DNA from: Octopus sinensis
Taxonomy: Eukaryota
Direction: 5' to 3'
Length of the DNA stretch: 64,000 nucleotides
Assembly (NCBI RefSeq): GCF_006345805.1
Contig: NC_042998.1
Coordinates: 20,770,001 to 20,834,000 of the forward strand
Below, in pieces: positions 11,950-25,758 of the stretch. A model generated the notes under the pieces. That model was not told the DNA's origin and did not search any database. It was given only the letters and a program-made list of their open reading frames with translations. The position numbers and the translations under genes are program-made. Position 1 is the stretch's first letter. Each line of letters opens with the position of its first letter.

Positions 11950-12280
11950 ATTAATTTAAAATTAAAATCAAAATGAGGGTGAAAAATTGGATATTAATTT
12001 TATAACATCAATTTAACACCGGTGGTCTAGCGCATAAAAAAAACTGAGATTCAGTAAATAGTATTTTATACATAAATATATGGGGGAACCACTATGTGGA
12101 AACCCTTATGCTAGAAAGAGATCCGCTATGGTATCAACCACTAAGAATTGTTCTCCAGAAAGTAAACGTTTCTGGTATGCTAAACTTTCTGGAGAACAAT
12201 TCTTAGTGGTTGAGACCATAGCGGATCTCTTTCTAGCGTAAGGGTTTCCACATAGTGGTTCCCCCTTATATTTATGTATA
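11950..12280. mobile_element. Composite foldback element (~100-bp arms at 12067-12163 and 12184-12280)
   Basis: Near-perfect inverted arms; 18-bp direct repeat tatataatatgaaataca on both flanks; sibling at 52728-52925. Confidence 0.75.
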
Positions 12281-12396
12281 TAATATGAAATACAATGTAC
12301 AGAAATGAAATTTGGTTACTGGTCACATATTCCTGATTTCAAACAGTGCTTCAACTCTGCATGGAGTTGGAGTAGACCAATGGTGAAAAGATAGAT

Positions 12397-13642
12397 CAAT
12401 GGTTCTAAACCCTCTTTTTTTTAATTGTAGCACCCTCCCCACCTTTTAAGTATTTGTTATGCATCATGCCCACCTGAGTGGTGAGTGAGATTATCATGAC
12501 TAAACTAATTTAACATGGATAATTTATAAATTTTACTCTAAAAATGGATTGTATCAGCTTTTAAAAGTGAACAACGTTGCTTCACTGGCACGTGTAAAAA
12601 GATTTGAGCGAGGTCATTGCCAGTACTACCTAACTGGCCCCTGTGCCGATGGCACGTAAAAAGCACCCACTACACTCTCGGAGTGGTTGGCGTTAGGAAG
12701 GGCATCAAGCTGTAGAAACTCTGCCAGATCAAGATTGGGGCCTGGTGCTGCCAACTGGTTCGCCAGCCCTCAGTCAAAATCATCCAACCCATGCTAGTAT
12801 GAAAAGCGGACATATGATGATGATGATGAAAGGCAGATGTTGTAAATTTAATTTACATATTACAAGTTCATGATTTTCTTGTGCTTGATGAGATTTCATT
12901 TTATTTTAATAATCATTATTAGTTTTATCATGTACAATATAATTAGTACTATAGGTAAAATTTAGTATGTTAATTATGTTACCTTACTGCTCCCTAAAGC
13001 CTAATACCCTCTTCAAAATGCCTAGCGCTCCCTTTGGGGGAAGTACCACCCAGAATGAGAACCCCAAGCAGCTGTTATGCCTCATGGCCACCTAACTAGT
13101 GAGCATGGTGTCACGACTAAATTAAACATTGATGATAATTTTTCATTTTACACTAAAAATGGATTGTATAAGCTTTTAACAATGAATTTATAATTATTGA
13201 CTTACTAATTTTTTTAATTTTTGACCTCCAACCAACTTGCCCTAATCAGCCAAGCTGCCAAAGGGCTTAATCTGATATTTTATGCAATTTTTGAAAAAAT
13301 TTTTTCATAGTTTTTACTTATTGTAATCGATAAAAAAATATTCAATGTAAATTGGATTAATAAATTTATTTATTTATTTAAATGATAAAAAATTAATAAA
13401 GACAAAAATTATAAATTTAATTTACACATTGCAAGTTAATGACTTCCCTGTGCCTGACGAGATCTCATTTTATTTTAATGACTACTACTAGTTTTATCAT
13501 GCACAATATAATTAATACTATAGGTAAAATTTAATATGTTATGTTACCTTAACACTCCCTAAAGCCTAAAGCCCTCTTCAACATGCCCAGTGCCCTCTTG
13601 GTGGGAGTGGGGGCACACTACCACCCATGTTGAGAACTTCTG
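12397..13642. mobile_element. hAT-type non-autonomous element with an internal duplication and a nested family A SINE (12578-12829)
   Basis: TIR-like ends caatggttctaaac / gttgagaacttctg; 8-bp TSD agatagat/aggtagat (7/8); 12840-13040 duplicated at 13411-13600. Confidence 0.65.
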
Positions 13643-15251
13643 AGGTAGATAATCAGACAAATTATAAACGGAGTGTATTCTGACATTGTTGCAACGTCCT
13701 TATAATGAGTCAAGTTTTCCAAAGATACATTGCTTAAATATACAGTTTCTCGTTTTAAAGACAGCAAGGAGTTTGTGTAGGAAGACTTAACTGCCGAGCA
13801 GGTTCAACAACAGAACTGAATAGCTCTTTGATTCAGCACCAACAGTCTTGAGCATTGAGCTAAGGCATACTGAACCTACTTACTTCAGGCTGCTTTCTAG
13901 ACATTAGATCTCACCTCAACTTCATAACCAAGTAATTAGCACCCATTAAAAAAACATTAAAAATAAAAATCCTCCAAACGTATAAGAATAACCGAATTTG
14001 CAGACACCATTCCATTCTTGCAAGAATAAAAAAAAAAAAAACCAAATGAATGTTAAATAGGGTAACCCATGTCAGTATGGAATATGGATGTTAAGTGATG
14101 ATGATGATGATATACAAGTTAAATAAACAACATAGTAGAGGTGGGTTTTTTAAAAAGTTAATCCATTATCTATATTTTGCATAAGATAATAATAATTCTT
14201 ACATTTCTGTATGATATTTGTTTTGCAAGATTTCTGATGTGAAATCGTGAGTTGAAACTAATATTTGATGATGGTCATATTATTTTTCATTATTTCGCCA
14301 ATTATCCCCTCCACTACACACACACACACAGTATGTACTTAGTCTTCCCTTCATCTTTATTATTATTGTTATTTTAGTGTCCTTGCTCTGAAATGTTTCC
14401 TCACACTTCCTGTGACCTCTTCGGCAACTCTCCAACCCATGTGTCCCCCTCCTGTTTTGTTTAGTCAGTCTGAGATATAGACGCAAAACACATGCACAGT
14501 TAAGAACAGACAGCACAGAAAGACAGAATGGGCTAAACAAGACAGGAGGAGAGAGGTGGGATGAAGAGGTCACCAAGGAGGCCACAGGATGTGTGACAAA
14601 AAGATTTCACACAAACGACGCTAAAATATAATGAGTAATAAAGCTGAAATGAAGAACGCATACATAATACACATGGTTAATTGGCAAAAACTATGACCAT
14701 CCCCAAAATAATAATATTAAGAATAATTGCTTCCAGAAATACACAGGAGAGGGGTTTCATCATCATTATCATCATCATCCCGTGTTTTCAGTCTGGGTTT
14801 TGTATCTGTTAATGGGGGTGGCTGGATCTACTTCAATGCCATAGCAACTGAGGTAGGCAGGTGTAGCCCACTACAACCTTTGGGCTGGCTGGTGACCATT
14901 CTCCTTTGCTATCATGAGGCTTTTTTTGGAGTTTGATTTTCCATGGGGAACATGCTCTTGCATACCCCCAACTTCAGTTTCTAGACATGAGTGGTCCCGA
15001 GGCCAAGGCCTCTACTATTATTTTTAAGAAATAACTCAGGAAGGCAGGGACACTATTTTTAAGAAATAGCTAGCTCAGGAAGGCAGGGACACTATTCCCT
15101 GAGACCCCTTTCGGAGCCCCCCCTACGCCACGCTACTTTAGTTGATTAAACTAACTCTAGTACTTGAATAATACTTTATTTTATCAACACTGGAAGGATG
15201 AAAGGTAAAACTGATTTTAACAGGATTTGAAATCAGAACAGGAATAAATAC

Positions 15252-15637
15252 CACTGGCACTTGTGTCCATGCTAGTACGGTACCAAGAGCACCATCTGAG
15301 CGTGATTGTTGCCAGAGCGGCTAACTGGCTTCTGTGTAGGTGGCACGTAAAAGGCACCATTTGAGCATGGTCGTTACCAGCGTCGCCTTACTGGCACCTG
15401 TGCCGGTGGCATGTGTAAAAAGATTCGAGCGAGGTCATTCCCAGTACTGCCTGTGGCCCCATGCCGGTGGCACATAAAAAGCACTCACTACACTCTCAGA
15501 GTGGTTGGCGTTAGGAACTCTGCCCGATCAAGATTGGAGCCTGGTGCAGCCATCTGGTTCGTCAGCCCTCAGTCAAACTCGTCCAACCCATGCTAGCATG
15601 GAAAGCAGACATTAAACGATGATGATGATGATGATGA
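15252..15637 (+). mobile_element. SINE family A
   Basis: Internal repeats, core and GAT tail. Confidence 0.85.
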
Positions 15638-15829
15638 TCTAACAATTCTGCTAACCTACAGCCAAAAATTGTTTCTAATAGATACAAGGCCTGAAATTTG
15701 GATCCCAGTACTTGACTGAAGCTATATACAATTCAGTCCTGAAAGGATGAAAGGCAAAGCTGACCTAGGTGAAATTTAAACTGAGAATGTGACCAAATAA
15801 GATAGGTGCAGGTGTGGTTGGACAGACGC

Positions 15830-16230
15830 AGGCATGGCTGGATAGGTGCAAGTGTGGCTGGATGGTAAGCAGTTTGCTTCCCGACCACATGATTCTGGGT
15901 TCAGTCCCGATGTGTGGCACTTCAGGCAAGTATCTTCTACTATAGCCTTGGGCCAACAAAAGCGTTGTGAGTGAATTTGGTAGACAGAAAATAAAAAGAA
16001 GCCCATCACGCGCGTGCATGTGTGTGGTTCTCTCCCCATCACTGCTTGAAGACCAGTGTTGGTGTGTTTACATCCCTGTAACTTAGCAGTTCAGCAAAAG
16101 AAACTGATAGAATAATTACCAGGTTTTACAAAAATAATAAGTACTGGGGTCGATTCGTCCAACTAAAATTCTTTAAGGCGGTGCCCCAGCATGGCCACAG
16201 TCTAATGACTGAAACAAGTAAAAGACAGAA
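15830..16230 (+). mobile_element. SINE family B, diverged
   Basis: Family consensus with many substitutions. Confidence 0.75.
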
Positions 16231-16484
16231 GACAAAATACAGCAGGGTATTTTGCCAAATGCTCACAAGATTCTGCCAATTTATTGCTCTAATTAATAAT
16301 TTCTAATTAAGCAACAAGGCCAGCAATTTAGGAGGCTTTAGTCAATCACATGAACTCCAGTACTTGGGTGGTACTTTACTTTATCGATCCCAATATTCTG
16401 AAAGGTAAAGATGACCTCAGCAGGATTTGAACTGAGAAAGTAAGGAACCTTAACTAAACAGCACACAGTATTTTGCCCAGACTA

Positions 16485-16649
16485 GGTACAGGAGTGGCTG
16501 TGTGGTAAGTAGCTTGCTTATGAACCACATAGTTCTGGGTTCAGTCCCACTGCGTGACACATTGGGCAAATGTCTTCTACTATAGCTTTGGGCCGACCAA
16601 AGCCTTGTGAGTGGATTTGGTAGACGGAAACTGAAAGAAGCCCGTCGCA

Positions 16650-16712
<63 letters not shown>

Positions 16713-16925
16713 GCGTGTGTATATGTTTGCGTGTCTGTGTTTGTCCCCCCAACATTGCTTGAAAACCAATGCTGGTGTGTTTACGTCCCCGTAACCTAGC
16801 GGTTCGGCAAAAGAAGCCGATAGAATAAGTACTAGGCTTACAAAGAATAAGTCCTGGGGTCGATTTGCTTGACTAAAGACGGTGCTCCAGCAAGGCCGCC
16901 GTCAAATGACTGAAACAAGTAAAGA
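16485..16925 (+). mobile_element. SINE family B, full length
   Basis: Complete consensus. Confidence 0.85.
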
Positions 16926-16961
16926 GAGACTCCATGACACAAAGTTTCTGCATTGTGCATC

Positions 16962-17270
16962 ATCATCATCTTTGTTTAACGTCCGTTTTCCATGCTGGCA
17001 TGGGTTGGACGGTTTGACTGGGGACTGGCAGAGTTTTTACAGCTGGATGCCCTTCCTAAAGCCAACCACTCTGAGAGTGTAGTGGGTGCTTTTTAGGTGT
17101 CACCGGCACGGGAGCCAGTCAGGTGGCATCAACTACATTCAGATGGTGCTTTTTACATGCCACTGGCATGAGAAGCCAGTCAGGCAGCACTGGCAACAAC
17201 CCATGCATAAATGGTGCTCATTGCGTGCCACCAGCACGAGAGCCAGTCAGGCAGCACTGGCATCGGCCAC
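16962..17270 (-). mobile_element. SINE family A
   Basis: (ATC)n tail followed by the reverse-complement core. Confidence 0.8.
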
Positions 17271-18199
17271 AACAACAATTTCCATTTTTGATTGTAATTT
17301 GATTTTTGATTTTTCAGGCAGTCATAATCATACACATATCGGAATATTTACTGAGCTATCATATTGCTAACGAGTATTATATAACAAAATACACATACTA
17401 ATTAATATTATTATTCTTCAAGTTAAACAACATACTCTGACTTTGATAAATTTAATGCTATTCTAAGTTTTTTTTCTTTTTCTTTTGAGAACAGGAGACA
17501 CATGGGATGGAGAGTCACTGAAGAGGTCCCAGGTGTGACAAAAGATTTAAGACAAAGGACACCAAAATAAGAATAATAAAGCAGAAGTGAAGAATGAGTA
17601 TATAGTGTTTGGGTGTGTATGTGGTTAATTGGCAAAAATATGACCATTCTTCTACTGCTCCTGTTAAACCATCCAGCCCTTGCCAGTATGGAAAATGGAC
17701 GTATGATGATGATGATGATGTTGATTAGATAGTGCAGGCCTAGATATATTTCTGAGAAGACAAGATGATCATGGCTGGAATGCTTTTGATCGGAGATCTG
17801 CTCAACTGAGAACTCCCGACTAAAATTATTAAAAAACAAAAAATTACTTGTGTGACAGGAATATTTGGCAGATTGACAGAGAAGAGCTTTCAGATGCATT
17901 AAATATGCAAGAATAGCAAGCAGTAATAAAAATCATGAAGAAAAGGCCTCACTACATGTGTTAAGTTTTTGTTATTTAGCCCTACATGGAACAAAGCTTT
18001 GATTTAATGTGTTCTAGCCATGACAATCCCATGCTTTTTCCAATTATAGTGTAACCAAGGTGATGTGGTGATGATGTGGTGACTCAATGATGGAGGTGAG
18101 TTTAGTGATGAAGGTTTGTTAGGAAAATATAACAGTTAAAGTAAAAAAAAAAAAAAAAAGAGGTAAAAGTTCAGGGAGATGTTACCTCTGTTAGCAACA

Positions 18200-18560
18200 A
18201 AGGATCTTTCGCTATGCGCAACAGGTGGACTGTGAGAATTCATGCGAAAGGGATGCGCTACAGCATGGTAATGAGACAAAATCACTGAACGCAGGTCTGG
18301 AGATGCTGGAGAGGAAACGAGCAGGATTAGACGTACAATAGGAACATGCATATCGAGACAGGGACAAAGCTGATGTATGCAGCAATTAAGAGGCAGAAAC
18401 AATGGTATGAACATATAACGGGAATGGGTGACACATGCTGGGTGAGAACATGCCGATTGCAAGGTACTCTTGGCTGAGATTAAGAGTAACGTAAAGAGAT
18501 ATATGCTGAGGTCAGATCTCAGGGCTTGGAAACTCGCCAGGAAAGGTGATAGAGGACTAA
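18200..18560 (+). mobile_element. Highly degenerate LINE (RTE-like) 3' fragment
   Basis: Remnant R-W-GH-RM-like segment (QKQWYEHITGM) with stop codons. Confidence 0.35.
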
Positions 18561-18649
18561 GAAAAATGGTAATTTGCAATGGTGTAGAACCAGCCAGCCT
18601 ATGCCATCATGAAAAAAAACAGACATATCTGGTGATCCTGTTGGTGCTG

Positions 18650-21600
18650 GTTCCACATAAATAGCATTGATGATGGTGCAACATAAAAGGCACTGGTGAT
18701 GGTATCAGGTAAAAAGCACTCGTGATGGTTTCAGGTAAAATGCACCTGTGATGGTATCAGGTAAAATGCACTCGTGATGGTATCAGGTAAAAAGCACTCG
18801 TGATGGTATCAGGTAAAAAGCACCGGTGCTGGTTCCACATAAATAGCATTGATGATGGTGCAACATAAAGAGCGCTGATGATGGTATCAGGTAAAATGCA
18901 TTGGTGATGGTATCAGGTAAAAAGCACTTGTGATGGTATCAGGTAAAAAGCACAGGTGATGGTATCAGGTAAAATGCATTGGTGATGGTATCAGGTAAAA
19001 TGCATTGGTGATGGTATCAGGTAAAATGCATTGGTGATGGTATCAGGTAAAATGCATTGGTGATGGTATCAGGTAAAATGCATTGGTGATGGTTTCAGGT
19101 AAAAAGCACTGATGATGGTATCAGGTAAAATGCATTGGTGATGGTATCAGGTAAAATGCATTGGTGATGGTTTCAGGTAAAAAGCACGGATGATGGTATC
19201 AGGTAAAAAGCACTGATGATGGTATCAGGTAAAATGCATTGGTGATGGTATCAGGTAAAATGCATTGGTGATGGTTTCAGGTAAAAAGCACTGATGATGG
19301 TATCAGGTAAAATGCATTGGTGATGGTATCAGGTAAAATGCATTGGTGATGGTTTCAGGTAAAAAGCACTGATGATGGTATCAGGTAAAATGCATTGGTG
19401 ATGGTATCAGGTAAAATGCATTGGTGATGGTTTCAGGTAAAAAGCACTGATGATGGTATCAGGTAAAAAGCACTGATGATGGTATCAGGTAAAATGCATT
19501 GGTGATGGTATCAGGTAAAATGCATTGGTGATGGTTTCAGGTAAAAAGCACTGATGATGGTATCAGGTAAAATGCATTGGTGATGGTATCAGGTAAAATG
19601 CATTGGTGATGGTTTCAGGTAAAAAGCACTGATGATGGTATCAGGTAAAATGCATTGGTGATGGTATCAGGTAAAATGCATTGGTGATGGTTTCAGGTAA
19701 AAAGCACTGATGATGGTATCAGGTAAAATGCATTGGTGATGGTATCAGGTAAAATGCATTGGTGATGGTTTCAGGTAAAAAGCACTGATGATGGTATCAG
19801 GTAAAAAGCATTGATGATGGTTTCAGGTAAAAAGCACTGGTGATGGTATCAGGTAAAATGCACTTGTGATGGTATCAGGTAAAAAGCACAGGTGATGGTA
19901 TCAGGTAAAAAGCACAGGTGATGGTATCAGGTAAAAAGCACAGGTGATGGTATCAGGTAAAAAACATTGGTGATGGTATCAGGTAAAATGCACTTGTGAT
20001 GGTATCAGGTAAAAAGCACAGGTGATGGTATCAGGTAAAAAGCACAGGTGATGGTATCAGGTAAAAAACATTGGTGATGGTTTCGGGTAAAATGCACCTG
20101 TGATGGTATCAGGTAAAAAGCACAGGTGATGGTATCAGGTAAAAAACATTGGTGATGGTATCAGGTAAAAAACATTGGTGATGGTATCAGGTAAAATGCA
20201 CCTGTGATGGTATCAGGTAAAATGCACTTGTGATGGTATCAGGTAAAAAGCACAGGTGATGGTATCAGGTAAAAAGCACAGGTGATGGTATCAGGTAAAA
20301 AACATTGGTGATGGTTTCGGGTAAAATGCACCTGTGATGGTATCAGGTAAAAAGCACAGGTGATGGTATCAGGTAAAAAACATTGGTGATGGTATCAGGT
20401 AAAAAACATTGGTGATGGTATCAGGTAAAATGCACCTGTGATGGTATCAGGTAAAATGCACTCATGATGGTATCAGGTAAAAAGCACTCGTGATGGTATC
20501 AGGTAAAAAGCACCGGTGCTGGTTCCACATAAATAGCATTGATGATGGTGCAACATAAAGAGCGCTGATGATGGTATCAGGTAAAATGCATTGGTGATGG
20601 TATCAGGTAAAATGCATTGGTGATGGTTTCAGGTAAAAAGCACTGATGATGGTATCAGGTAAAATGCATTGGTGATGGTATCAGGTAAAATGCATTGGTG
20701 ATGGTTTCAGGTAAAAAGCACTGATGATGGTATCAGGTAAAATGCATTGGTGATGGTATCAGGTAAAATGCATTGGTGATGGTTTCAGGTAAAAAGCACT
20801 GATGATGGTATCAGGTAAAAAGCATTGATGATGGTTTCAGGTAAAAAGCACTGGTGATGGTATCAGGTAAAATGCACTTGTGATGGTATCAGTAAAAAGC
20901 ACAGGTGATGGTATCAGGTAAAAAGCACAGGTGATGGTATCAGGTAAAAAACATTGGTGATGGTATCAGGTAAAATGCACTTGTGATGGTATCAGGTAAA
21001 AAGCACAGGTGATGGTATCAGGTAAAAAGCACAGGTGATGGTATCAGGTAAAAAACATTGGTGATGGTTTCGGGTAAAATGCACCTGTGATGGTATCAGG
21101 TAAAAAGCACAGGTGATGGTATCAGGTAAAAAACATTGATGATGGTATCAGGTAAAAAACATTGGTGATGGTATCAGGTAAAATGCACCTGTGATGGTAT
21201 CAGGTAAAATGCACTCATGATGGTATCAGGTAAAAAGCACTCGTGATGGTATCAGGTAAAAAGCACCGGTGCTGGTTCCACATAAATAGCATTGATGATG
21301 GTGCAACATAAAGAGCGCTGATGATGGTATCAGGTAAAAAGCACTGATGATGGTATCAGGTAAAATGCATTGGTGATGGTTTCAGGTAAAAAGCACTGAT
21401 GATGGTATCAGGTAAAATGCATTGGTGATGGTATCAGGTAAAATGCATTCATGATGGTTTCAGGTAAAAAGCACTGATGATGGTATCAGGTAAAATGCAT
21501 TGGTGATGGTTTCAGGTAAAAAGCACTGATGATGGTATCAGGTAAAATGCATTGGTGATGGTTTCAGGTAAAAAGCACTGATGATGGTATCAGGTAAAAT

Positions 21601-22465
21601 GCATTGGTGATGGTTTCAGGTAAAAAGCACTGATGATGGTATCAGGTAAAATGCATTGGTGATGGTTTCAGGTAAAAAGCACTGATGATGGTATCAGGTA
21701 AAATGCATTGGTGATGGTTTCAGGTAAAAAGCACTGATGATGGTATCAGGTAAAATGCATTGGTGATGGTTTCAGGTAAAAAGCACTGATGATGGTATCA
21801 GGTAAAAAGCATTGATGATGGTTTCAGGTAAAAAGCACTGGTGATGGTATCAGGTAAAATGCACTTGTGATGGTATCAGGTAAAAAGCACAGGTGATGGT
21901 ATCAGGTAAAAAGCACTGGTGATGGTATCAGGTAAAAAGCACTGGTGATGGTTTCAGGTAAAAAACATCGGTGATGGTTTCGGGTAAAAAGCACTCGTGA
22001 TGGTATCAGCTAAAAAGCACCGGTGCTGGTTCCACATAAATAGCATTGATGATGGTGCAACATAAAAGGCACTGGTGATGGTATCAGGTAAAAAGCACCA
22101 GTGATGGTATCAGGTAAAAAGCACCGGTGATGGTATCAGGCAAAAAGCACCGGTGATGGTATCAGGTAAAAAGCACTCGTGATGATATCAGGTAAAAAGC
22201 ACTGATGATGGTATCAGGTAAAAAGCACAGGTGATGGTATCAGGTAAAAAGCACAGGTGATGGTATCAGGTAAAAAGCATTGATGATGGTATCAGGTAAA
22301 AAGCACTCGTGATGGTATCAGGTAAAAAGCACTCGTGATGGTATCAGGTAAAATGCACTCGTGATGGTATCAGGTAAAATGCACTCGTGATGGTATCAGG
22401 TAAAAAGCACTGGTGATGGTTTCAGGTAAAAAGCACTGATGATGATGTCAGGTAAAAAGCAGTGG
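18650..22465 (+). repeat. 26-bp minisatellite (tgatggtatcaggtaaaatgcattgg and variants), ~146 units, inside a family A SINE
   Basis: Continuous array that runs directly into the family A core (tggttggcgttaggaagg...catccagctg) at ~22500. Confidence 0.95.
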
Positions 22466-22604
22466 TGCTAGTGCCACATAAAAACCACTTAGTATACTCT
22501 GTAAAGTGGTTGGCGTTAGGAAGGATAGCATCCAGCTGAAGAAACTACACCAAAACTGACTATGTAACTTAGTGCGTCTCCTAGCTTTGCCAGCTCCTGT
22601 CAAA

Positions 22605-22840
22605 CCTATTTCTTTACTACCCACAAGGGACTAAACACAGAGAGGACAAACACAAGGACAGACAAACGGATTGAGTCGATTATATTGACCCCAGTGCGTA
22701 ACTGGTACTTAATTTATCGACCCCGAAAGGATGAAAAGCAAAGTTGACCTCGGCGGAATTTGAACTCAGAACATAACGGCAGACGAAATACGGCTACGCA
22801 TTTCGCCCGGTGTGCTAACGTTTCTGCCAGCTCGCCGCCT
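22605..22840 (-). mobile_element. SINE family C monomer (head ggcggcgagctggcag)
   Basis: tRNA-like B box gagttcaaattcc; same body as the concatemers. Confidence 0.85.
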
Positions 22841-23220
22841 GTCAAACCATCCAACCCATGCCAGCATGGAAAATGGATGTTTAATGATGATGATGATGAT
22901 GATGAAGGCTATATCTGCTCAAACAGAGTCGATGTGGGGACTACACGGCAACAACAAAAGGGATAAAGATGCTGAAAACGTAACTGTACCACACAACGTC
23001 AAACATGTTCGTTATGCATTATGCACACAATATAAACACATTTTTTTCACTGAATACATGTACCAACAACATTATGCACATAATATCCATGCATCTTTTT
23101 TTTTTTTATTGAACACATAACAAAGGTTCACAGTTCAAATGTTACTTTTTCTCCTATTGGTTCAGCTGGGGTCACTGAATGGGTAAGTCTACTTTTTTTT
23201 TTTAAAGTGCATTTTTAAAG

Positions 23221-23495
23221 TTGCCAGTGCCGCCCCGACTGGCCTCGTGCCGGTGGCACGTAAAAAGCACCATCCGTTCGTGGCTGTTGCCAGCCTGGCC
23301 TGGCCCCGTGCCGGTGGCACATAAAAAGCACCCACTACACTCACGGAGTGGTTGGCGTTAGGAAGGGCATCCAGCCATAGAAACACTGCCAGATCAGACT
23401 GGGCCTGATGCAGCCTTCTGGCTTCACAGACCCCAGTTGAACCGTCCAACCCATGCTAGCATGGAAAGCAGACGCTAAATGATGATGATGATGAT
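23221..23495 (+). mobile_element. SINE family A
   Basis: Core and GAT tail. Confidence 0.85.
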
Positions 23496-23732
23496 GAATA
23501 CATACACCGACAACTAGAAAATTTCTAGTTATATGCAAAGGAGGCACCAGACTTCATTGTCAGTTGTGGAGATACAACAAAGGTCTGGCACACTTACAGC
23601 TGTTTCAACTACCAGAGCGGAATAGATGAAGGCATAAGTTTACATTTTTCTTGGAAATGATCAGAACAGAAAACACAAAAGTTCACAAAATTTCACAAAT
23701 ACAAAGGCAAATTTTACAAATGAATTATTTAA

Positions 23733-23941
23733 CCCTTTAGCATATCAGGCCAAAATATTCTACCTGTTTTTATGTTCAAACTGGCCAGGTCTGGCCTCTC
23801 ACACCAACTCTACAAAGTCGTTCTAAAAGTATACAACCAAATCAGCAAAATTTTCAAAGCTATGAGATAATGTATGATTAATTCAAAACAATATTTATAA
23901 ATAAGCATTACATTTGATGGAGTGATTTGGGTGCTAAAGGG
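23733..23941. mobile_element. piggyBac-type MITE
   Basis: TTAA on both sides; TIRs ccctttagca / tgctaaaggg. Confidence 0.75.
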
Positions 23942-24045
23942 TTAAACCAGCTCTAATATAATAAAGGGGCTGTTTTCAAGAAAGAATTAAAAGGATGAAT
24001 TAACAAAAATGCAATGTTTTTTTTTTTTTTGCTTTGTTTTATTAC

Positions 24046-24124
24046 CTTTGTTTTCTATGAAATAATTAGTTATGGCTTTCCAATGATGAATAAATTCTTC
24101 TTGCAATGTAAGATTAGGCGCAAT
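24046..24124 (-). CDS. FHIP2A: FHIP2 coding exon 2 ([27 protein letters not shown])
   Basis: Acceptor cttcAG, donor GTAATA, 79 nt, phase 0 to 1. Matches [24 protein letters not shown]. Confidence 0.95.
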
Positions 24125-24531
24125 CTGAAGGAAGAAAGGAAAATTAATGTAAATCGTAAGAACACGGGGGATGTAGGGAGGGGGGATAAAAAAATACAGG
24201 TAATTCAAAGTAAAGTTAACCAAAAGGAAATGAGAAGCAAATCTCAATTCACATTTGACTGGTAGGGTATTGTTTATTAATAGAAAAAAAGAAAACAATT
24301 CAACAATGACCAGTAATTTACTAGGAAAAAAAAAAAGATGAAAAAATATGGGGCTATTTATAACAGGTGGCAAAATGATAGAGTGGTGATAAGGTGGTGG
24401 ACTATTAACACTTTGGTTGATTAAAAACTGTTGTTGTTGTTGTTGTCTAGCCTTAGTTCAGGTCAGCCCTGATGATGCAGACCCATGATCAAAAGACCCT
24501 ATTTGAAACCACCCCATTCTTTTTAGGCTTA

Positions 24532-25053
24532 CCGTAAATCCTCAAGTATAATCTGCATTTTTTTCCCCAAATTTAATGGTCAAAATCCCCAGTGCGTATT
24601 ATACACAAGATTAAAAATGAAAAATATTTTCTAAGCAATGTCCAAGTCTCTATTTGCTGTCCGGCAATGTTTATTCAGATGCATTTTGTGATGTCAGGCG
24701 CGAAAATACATTAAGCTAAGCCTGAAAGCAATGAAGTCATAAAAGAATCATCCATAACTTGCAGTAAGGAACATTTATTAAAATAAAAGTATTCAAAACA
24801 CAGAATAACATGTAACAAAAACAATTTGAAAACATATTTACATTCCCATATAACAGTTAAGAACATCACCATTATTGTATTATGCATGCGCGGAAGTGTT
24901 TGTTCGACTAGGTGCAGCTGGCTTAATTACGCACGACTCAAATTAGAGAAGGGGTGCGTATTATATACAAGGTTCAGGTTTTTCAGAGGTACAGCCTCCT
25001 AAAAATCCCCTGCATATTATACTCAAGGGCGGAATATACTCGAGGATTTACGG
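24532..25053. mobile_element. pogo/Tigger-type MITE
   Basis: TA TSD; TIRs ccgtaaatcctcaagtata / tatactcgaggatttacgg. Confidence 0.75.
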
Positions 25054-25434
25054 TAATAACGTAAACAATACTTTCACCGGTTGGTTTTTAAAGACCAAAT
25101 CAACAATTGTCTGCATTTTCTATATTGTCTAAAAATTTCAACTAATTCGTCTTATTTATAATAATTCCTTTTATTGTTATTATTACTCTTTATTATTTTT
25201 TTTAGCATTTTGCACAGAGGGAATTTTATCAATTAATTGCACAGATAACATAGGCGTAGGAGTGGCTGTGTGGTAAGTAGCTTGCTTATGAAGCACATGG
25301 TTCCCACTGCGTGCCGTCTACTATAGCCTCGGGCCAATCAAAGCCTTGTGAGTGGATTTGATAGACAGAAACTGAAAGAAGCCTGTCGTATATGTATATA
25401 TATACAGTTCTACATTTAAGAGATGAGGAATTAT

Positions 25435-25727
25435 GTACATTATTTACATTCGATGGATATTTTTTCTCATCTTGTTTGTTGTTAACACAACGTTTTGGCT
25501 GATATACCCTCCAGCCTTCTTCAGGTGTCTTGGGGTTAATTTCAAACTTGGGTTCTCATTCCAATTTCGATGTTATTATTATTATTATTATTATTATCAT
25601 TGTTATTGTTCAAGTCACTGCTTGAAATCGAACTTAACCACTACACCATATGCCCGAGGGCTTATGGCGCAGGCTACTAACCCCAAGATTCCAAGTTCGA
25701 TTCCAAGCAGTGACCTGAACAATAATG

Positions 25728-25758
<31 letters not shown>

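Noticed and set aside
18650-22465. CRISPR-like array or repetitive protein
   Set aside because: Units abut without unique spacers, there are no cas genes, the context is a eukaryotic intron, and the 26-bp period with stop codons gives no ORF on either strand.
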